From Babesia bigemina (lineage: Eukaryota), in contig NW_012237376.1 in NCBI RefSeq assembly GCF_000981445.1, positions 1-35,715 of the forward strand: a stretch of DNA of 35,715 nucleotides. The letters are read 5' to 3'. The position numbers and the translations under genes were made by a program. The notes beneath the pieces were generated by a model. The model saw nothing but the letters and a program-made list of their open reading frames with translations. It was not told the DNA's origin and did no database searches. Shown piece after piece: positions 29,369-35,715 of the stretch (its first letter is position 1; each line of letters opens with the position of its first letter).

Positions 29369-30483
29369 GAGCGATGTAGAGTGGATAAAAAGACGATGTA
29401 GAGTGGGTTAGGGTGCGATGTAGGGTGGATAAAGGGGCGATGTAGAGTGGGTTAGGGAGCGATGTAGAGTGGGTTAAGGGGCGATGTGAATGGGTTAAGG
29501 GGCGATGTAGAGTGGTTAAGGGGCGATGTAGAGTGGGTTAAGGAGCGATGTAGAGTGGGTTAAGGAGCGATGTAGAGTGGATTAAGGGAGCGATGTAGAG
29601 TGGATTAAGGGACGATGTAGAGTGGGTTAAGGGGCGATGTAGAGTGGGTAAAGGGCGATGTAGAGTGGATAAAGGAGCGATGTAGAGTGGATGAAGGAGC
29701 GATGTAGAGTGGGTTAGGGAGCGATGTAGAGTGCATAAAGGGGCGATGAAGGGTGGGTTAGGGAGCGATGTGGAGTGGGTTAAGGGGCGATGTAGAGTGG
29801 GTAAAGGGGCGATGTAGAGTGGATAAAGGGGTGATGTAGAGTGGGTTAGGGAGCGATGTAGAGTGGATAAAGGGGCGATGTGGAGTGGGTTAAGGGGCGA
29901 TGTAGAGTGGGTAAAGGAGCGATGTAGAGTGGATTAGGGAGCGGTGTAGAGTGGGTTAGGGAGCGATGTAGAGTGGGTAAAGGAGCGATGTAGAGTGGAT
30001 TAGGGGGCGATTTAGAGTGGATTAGGGAGCGATGTAGAGTGGGTTAAGGGGCGATGTAGAGTGGTTAAAGGGGCGATGTAGAGTGGGTAAGGGGCGATGT
30101 AGAGTGGGTAAAGGAGCGATGTAAAGTGGGTTAGGGAGCGATGTAGAGTGGGTTAAGGGGCGATGTAGAGTGGGTAAAGGGGCGATGTAGAGTGGGTTAA
30201 GGAGCGATGTGGAGTGGGTTAAGGGGCGATGTAGAGTGGATAAAGGAGCGATGTAGAGTGGATGAAGGAGCGATGTAGAGTGGGTTAGTTAGCGATGTAG
30301 AGTGCATAAAGGGGCGATGAAGGGTGGGTTAGGGAGCGATGTGGAGTGGGTTAAGGGGCGATGTAGAGTGGGTAAAGGGGCGATGTAGAGTGGGTTAAGG
30401 AGCGATGTGGAGTGGGTTAAGGGGCGATGTAGAGTGGATTAGGGAGCGATGTAGAGTGGATAAAGGGGCGATGTAGAGTGGAT
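29369..30483. repeat. Repeat A array 4 (22-bp G-rich, ~1.1 kb)
   Basis: About 50 tandem units, with an internal block duplication (GTGCATAAAGGGGCGATGAAGGGT near 29731 and 30302). Confidence 0.95.
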
Positions 30484-30507
30484 GATAATCACCACTTAGG
30501 TCACCAC

Positions 30508-31056
30508 TGTCATCGCTGCTGTGTTGATGTCACCGCTGCCGTGACCATGTCATCGCTGCCGTAACCATGTCATCGCTGCCGTGACCATGTCACCGCTGCC
30601 GTGACCATGTCATCGCTGCCGTGACCATGTCACCGCTGCCGTGACCATGTCATCGCTGCCGTGACCATGTCATCTGCTTGGTCACCATGACATCGCTGCC
30701 GTGTCCATGTCATCGCTGCCGTGACCATGTCATCGCTGCCGTGACCATCAACTGTCATCGCTGCCGTGACCATCAACTGTCATCGCTGCCGTGACCATCA
30801 ACTGTCATCGCTGCCGTAACCATCAACTGTCATCGCTGCCGTGACCATCAACTGTCATCGCTGCCGTAACCATGTCATCGCTGCTGTGACCATGTCATCG
30901 CTGCCGTGACCATGACATCGCTGCCGTAACCATGTCATCGCTGCCGTGACCATGTCATCGCTGCCGTGACCATGTCATCTGCTTGGTCACCATGACATCG
31001 CTGCCGTGTCCATGTCATCGCTGCCGTAACCATCAACTGTCATCGCTGCTGTAACC
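30508..31056. repeat. Repeat B array 4 (20/25-bp)
   Basis: Tandem repeat with two embedded C-type fragments (CTGCTTGGTCACC near 30674 and 30979). Confidence 0.95.
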
Positions 31057-31068
31057 ACTAACTTGGTC

Positions 31069-32217
31069 AGGTGCTAGCTCAGCACTTTGCCTGTGTGCTA
31101 GCTTATAACTTTGCCTGGGTGCCAGCTTATCACTTTGCCTGGGTGCTAGGTCAACACTTAGCTTGCGTGCTTGCTTAGCACTTTGCCTGGATGCTTGCTT
31201 AGCACTTTGCCTGGGTGCTAGGTTAGCACTTTGCCTGGGTGCTTGGTTAGCACTTTGCTTGGTTGCTTGCTTAGCACGTTGCCTGGGTGCTAGCTCAGCA
31301 CTTAGCTTGGTTGCTAGCTTACCACGTTGCCTGGCTGCTAGCTTACCACGTTGCCTGGCTGCTAGCGTAGCACATTGCCTGGCTGCTAGCGTAGCACATT
31401 GCCTAGATGCCAGCTTAGCACGTTGCCTGGGTGCTAGCTTAGCACTTTGCCTGGATGCTAGGTCAACACTTAACCTGCGTGCCAGCTTAGCACTTTGCCT
31501 GGGTGCCAGCTTACCACTTTGCCTGGTTGCCTGCTTAACACTTAGCCTGGTCGCTAGGTCAACACTTTGCCTGTGTGCTCGCTTACCACTTTGCCTGGTT
31601 GCCTGCTTAACACTTAGCCTGGTCGCTAGGTCAACACTTTGCCTGTGTGCTAGCTCAGCACTTTGCCTGTGTGCTAGGTCAACACTTTGCCTGGTTGCCA
31701 GCTTACCACTTTGCCTGGGTGCCAGCTTACCACTTTGCCTGGATGCTTGCTTAACACTTTGCCTGGGTGCTAGCTTAACACTTTGCCTGGGTGCTAGGTC
31801 ACCACTTTGCCTGGTTGCCAGCTTAGCACTTTGCCTGGGTGCTAGGTGAGCACTTTGCCTGAGTGCTAGCTTAGCACTTTGCCTGGGTGCTAGCTTAGCA
31901 CTTTGCCTGGGTGCTAGGTTACCACTTTGCCTAGGTGCTTGCTTAGCACTTTGCCTGGTTGCTAGCTTAGCACTTTGCCTGGGTGCTAGGTTACCACTTT
32001 CCCTGGTTGCCAGCTTAGCACTTTGCCTGTGTGCTAGCTTATAACTTTGCCTGGGTGCCAGCTTATCACTTTGCCTGGGTGCTAGGTCAACACTTAGCTT
32101 GCGTGCTTGCTTAGCACTTTGCCTGGATGCTTGCTTAGCACTTTGCCTGGGTGCTAGGTTAGCACTTTGCCTGGGTGCTTGCTTAGCACTTTGCCTGGGT
32201 GCTAGGTCAACACTTTG
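31069..32217. repeat. Repeat D array 2 (24-bp)
   Basis: About 48 tandem units downstream of gene 5. Confidence 0.95.
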
Positions 32218-32306
32218 CATTGTCTGTCAGTCATCACTTAATTTCAACGCTATTTAGTTTACAGGTTGCCGCTAGAGTAATTCGAGACATTAGACTACGT
32301 TTGTCG

Positions 32307-32335
32307 GTTAGGTGAGTAGGTGATGGTAGGTGAGA
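32307..32335. promoter_or_regulatory. Conserved 3'-flank motif GTTAGGTGAGTAG (gene 5)
   Basis: Same 13-mer plus a second TAGGTGAG copy. Confidence 0.45.
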
Positions 32336-32373
32336 TGTTACGTGAGTTGTGTGAGTTACAAACGTGAATACGA

Positions 32374-35300
32374 TTAAGGCTGCAGGTACGATATCTTGGC
32401 AAGCCTTCCGACTTGCGATGCGGCCAACAATGACTGCGCCGTTATCTTGTGCGACGACGGTACCCTCAGGTGTGATTTGATGTGGAGCACATCCAGTCTG
32501 CCAACCATTACGCAGATGAGGTAGAAGAGGGATAGTGACCAAAGCGCGACGGTCATCCATATAAACGGCTGCCTGATGGTGAAGATGAATTCGTCGCATT
32601 TTTCGAACAGCTTTCTGAAGGAGTTGGAATTTAATACATTGTGAAGTTGTCGGTGGAAATTGTGGCAATACCTTCTACCTTCAGCGTCTAACAATTTTTC
32701 AGGATTGCCGAACGTGAATCCGAAACTATATAACGTGCTTACGACACCGCGGCATTCAACGATGCCTTTGCACTGGCAGTTATAGGCTGCGCCATGCTTA
32801 CCCCGTTTACAAGCCGTGCCGTGCGTACAGCGACGACATCCCCAATCCTGGCAGGATATATTGGTAAACGCCCTGAACAAAGATTCAAGACACTGCCAGA
32901 ACGACCACGGTAAGTACACTGCCCATGACAGGTAGAGACCGGCGTGCTTCTCGGCAGCGTAGTGGTATGCATCACTGTACAACGTGGTCAGGTACGGAGC
33001 GCAGTGAACGTCGTCAGTACTAGCGTATTTGCAGGACTCCGTTTTAGACAGACTTGACAGGTCGGCCTCAGTAGGTTTAGGATGATTTCTACCCTCATGA
33101 CCTTGGCCGTTTTTGTAAGCGTCACTAAGCGCGCCTATGAGTGTGGCTGGCTCCGCATACAATTCGATGGACTGCTTCTTAATTGCCTTTACAAACGCAG
33201 CATTGACGGCATTTGAGTTTACATCTCTGTTAGCACTAAACGCACCAACCAACGTGAATACAAACTGGAAGTGCTCCGGCAGCGTCGATGGTGGCTTTGG
33301 CAGAAGGCACATCAGTGAGGATATTAAGCCTGTGCCGATGAAGGTCTTGATTGCGTCACGCAACTGTCTGCCCGTTTTGGTGCTGCCAGAGAAGCCCTTG
33401 AATCCGAGAGGAAGCAGGCACGGTTGCCCTGGAGCGCTCTTGGAGCAGGTGCTGCATTTCGCTCTGCATCCCACTGACTGCAGTTGGTGCGGCAGATGGC
33501 CAGGGAGGCTGTCACTGAGGTATAACATAAGCGGGGACGTTGGTTGACAGTTTACTTGGCACTTTGCTTGGCCGTTTGGTTCCTCGCTTGAGTGCTCGTT
33601 ACACCGCGATTTCGTTGTAGGGATGTCCCTCCCGTAGCGGCAGTGTGACCAGCCGTGGTGTTCAGGCGTGATGTTGCACTGCAGTTCCAGGAACCGCAAC
33701 ACGGGCAACAATCGGCGCAGTAGGTCCAGCAGCATGTCCAGGCAGTCCGACGGATCGGATGGGTAATGGAAGTTGAATGAGTTGTTGCAGAAGTCGGAGG
33801 CGTAGACGCTCCTGGAGTCGCCAGTGCCGACGACGGCAGTCAATACGTCATACGACGTTGCACAGATATGGTCCACGGCTTTACGTACGTAAGTATACGA
33901 TATGTTCCGGGGGTGTGCTGTTATGGATTGGGCTGCCATGTCAGTCGATGTGAGCTCAAGTTCGTCGTCGCCTGCCGCCTTCTTATGCGGGTTGTCAAAT
34001 AGATCACTGATGGTGATATCACGCATCGCGGAGTACACGGCAGTGTACGGGAAACCGCTGAGCCAGATCAATATGTCGTACACGGAGCACGGGTGCTGCT
34101 TCGCTGAGACCGTGAGCAGGTGGCACAGTTCGTTGTACTGCTCGAAGTGGCTGAATATGCAGTCAATGGCGTCGAAGACGTGGAAGTGGTCGGCTTTTCT
34201 CTGCTTGTTCGATTCACACCATCTAAGGTGTTGGTTGTCATCGGCGCCGCTAATTTGTAACATCAACCGCTTAGCAACGTTCTCCCCCGCAACTGTCGGT
34301 TTGTTTTGCAACTCACCGTTCTGCAGCGTCGCATCGGAGACCGCGTAGCCGTGGGCGACAAACGATCTTCCCACGTCGGTGGACTTATTAATTTGCTGTC
34401 CACGTAGACTCTTGCAATTGTGCGTCAAGTCGGTCAAAGTGGCCTTCAGGGTGCAGACCACGGTGAGGCATATTTTGGCGAATTTTGCGCCATACGGCGT
34501 TAATTTATCTTTCTCGAACATCTCACCGCCAAAAGTCTCACTGTCGTAGACGGAGGTGTACGCCTTTTCGAGCTCACTAACAAACCCTTCAACACCCTTG
34601 CCGATACCGTCAAGCAGGGGGGTCGTGGTCCTGGCGAAGGATTCGGGAGCGAGGGTGGCAATTGCAGCGGAGAGCTGATCTAGCATGGCGGGCACTTCGT
34701 GGTTATAGCGGTGATTACTAATGTGATCGAGTAGGTTGTTGAGCGCGGTATTAGCAGCGTCGAGTTTGGAGGTGTAGAGCTTCTCAAGGTATTTCGATTC
34801 AGTGTGTGTTAGCTGGTAATTAAGCGTGTGTTTGTACTGCTTGTCCAGCCTCGAAATCTCTTCCTTGACGTAGCCGTGGATGTTGTTGAAGTAATGTTTG
34901 AACGCTGATGACAACTCCTTGAAATGTTCTTTGGTTGGCTTCTCTTGCCTGGGTGGCAGAGTTACAGCGTCGTTCAGTTTAGTGAGGAGAGTCGTGTCTG
35001 ACGACGTGTCGAACTCAGCGTCCTTTTTGTGTTCAACAATAAACTTAACGCCCTGCACAGTCTTCATCAGCCCCTTGTAACCAATGGTCAGATCCTTGTC
35101 AATAAGCGGCGTCAGTCCAGTCAAGTGGCCCTGAACTCTGACGGTGAAGTTCTGCAACTCAGTCTTGAGGGTGGAGACGTAGTGCTTTTTGGCCTGGGTG
35201 GTGAGTTTTTCGGTGGCTTGTGTGACTTGTTCGGCGACATGTTTGTCTAGCTCCGCGATTGTCTTTGCACATTCGTCGGCGGAGAAGCCCTCAAATGCAT

Positions 35301-35715
35301 CGGTCAACCGGATGACTTTCTGCAAATCAATGCTTTGTAACTTGTTGATCTTCTCTTTGATAGCCTCCAGTTTCTCGCCAATTTGCCCTTCTTTAAAGTT
35401 GTTCAGGAAAAAGTTGACATCCTTGAGGGCACGTTGAACCGCACCGCAGAGCTGGCTGAGGGTGGAGGTGACGAGCTCTAGTTGTTGTCCGGCTTCGGTG
35501 TTGAGTTTGTCGATGGATGCCAAAGAGACAGTAACAACCTGTGTTTGAATCTCTTTAATCTTACTTGGGAGTTCGCCTTGTAGCTGCTTTGGGTCAACAC
35601 TTGTAAGGCTATCTTGGTCAACCTGTGCTCTGTATTTCGTGAATCTAGTTGGCGCAAGATCAGATATTTTATCACTTGCGAGGGCTCCAGATGTCATGCC
35701 ATCCCCGCCGATTTC
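32374..35715 (-). CDS. ves1: ves1-like variant surface antigen, gene 5 (5'-partial)
   Basis: Frame stays open to the window end. Closest to gene 2 (VNCQPTSPLM, GFSGSTKTG, TIRQPFIW), with TM helix and RLDVLHIKSHLRVPSSHKITAQ..YLQP tail. Confidence 0.88.
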   Translation of the reverse strand, partial: EIGGDGMTSGALASDKISDLAPTRFTKYRAQVDQDSLTSVDPKQLQGELPSKIKEIQTQVVTVSLASIDKLNTEAGQQLELVTSTLSQLCGAVQRALKDVNFFLNNFKEGQIGEKLEAIKEKINKLQSIDLQKVIRLTDAFEGFSADECAKTIAELDKHVAEQVTQATEKLTTQAKKHYVSTLKTELQNFTVRVQGHLTGLTPLIDKDLTIGYKGLMKTVQGVKFIVEHKKDAEFDTSSDTTLLTKLNDAVTLPPRQEKPTKEHFKELSSAFKHYFNNIHGYVKEEISRLDKQYKHTLNYQLTHTESKYLEKLYTSKLDAANTALNNLLDHISNHRYNHEVPAMLDQLSAAIATLAPESFARTTTPLLDGIGKGVEGFVSELEKAYTSVYDSETFGGEMFEKDKLTPYGAKFAKICLTVVCTLKATLTDLTHNCKSLRGQQINKSTDVGRSFVAHGYAVSDATLQNGELQNKPTVAGENVAKRLMLQISGADDNQHLRWCESNKQRKADHFHVFDAIDCIFSHFEQYNELCHLLTVSAKQHPCSVYDILIWLSGFPYTAVYSAMRDITISDLFDNPHKKAAGDDELELTSTDMAAQSITAHPRNISYTYVRKAVDHICATSYDVLTAVVGTGDSRSVYASDFCNNSFNFHYPSDPSDCLDMLLDLLRRLLPVLRFLELQCNITPEHHGWSHCRYGRDIPTTKSRCNEHSSEEPNGQAKCQVNCQPTSPLMLYLSDSLPGHLPHQLQSVGCRAKCSTCSKSAPGQPCLLPLGFKGFSGSTKTGRQLRDAIKTFIGTGLISSLMCLLPKPPSTLPEHFQFVFTLVGAFSANRDVNSNAVNAAFVKAIKKQSIELYAEPATLIGALSDAYKNGQGHEGRNHPKPTEADLSSLSKTESCKYASTDDVHCAPYLTTLYSDAYHYAAEKHAGLYLSWAVYLPWSFWQCLESLFRAFTNISCQDWGCRRCTHGTACKRGKHGAAYNCQCKGIVECRGVVSTLYSFGFTFGNPEKLLDAEGRRYCHNFHRQLHNVLNSNSFRKLFEKCDEFIFTIRQPFIWMTVALWSLSLFYLICVMVGRLDVLHIKSHLRVPSSHKITAQSLLAASQVGRLAKISYLQP

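Noticed and set aside
29369..30483. True telomere or interstitial telomeric array
   Set aside because: TTAGGG occurs only singly within 22-bp units, never as a pure tandem tract, and genes lie on both sides.

Overview
Eukaryotic DNA from a piroplasm, most likely Babesia of the B. bigemina/B. ovata group. This assignment comes from recalled protein motifs; no database search was run. The window is a head-to-tail array of five large, apparently intronless minus-strand ves1-like (variant erythrocyte surface antigen) genes, the first and last cut by the window edges, plus one short Cys-rich membrane-anchored ORF. Every ves gene whose 5' end is visible is preceded by the same ordered cassette. In gene direction it runs: a 12-bp (C) or 24-bp (D) repeat, a 20/25-bp repeat (B), a conserved quasi-palindromic junction, a 22-bp G-rich repeat (A) that is an inverted relative of B, and a conserved leader. 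The leader ATG is disconnected from the main ORF in all four copies. In two copies it could be reconnected by a C-CCU-UUU heptamer followed by a stem-loop (candidate -1 frameshift, 1-nt lesion or assembly error). Leader, body, tail and 3' flank assort as mosaics between paralogues, with one switch point at a conserved 3' motif. A ~75-bp tandem repeat upstream of the Cys-rich ORF looks like 11 amplified micro-exon/mini-intron units. Overall the region resembles a repeat-delimited archive for antigenic variation by gene conversion (inference).
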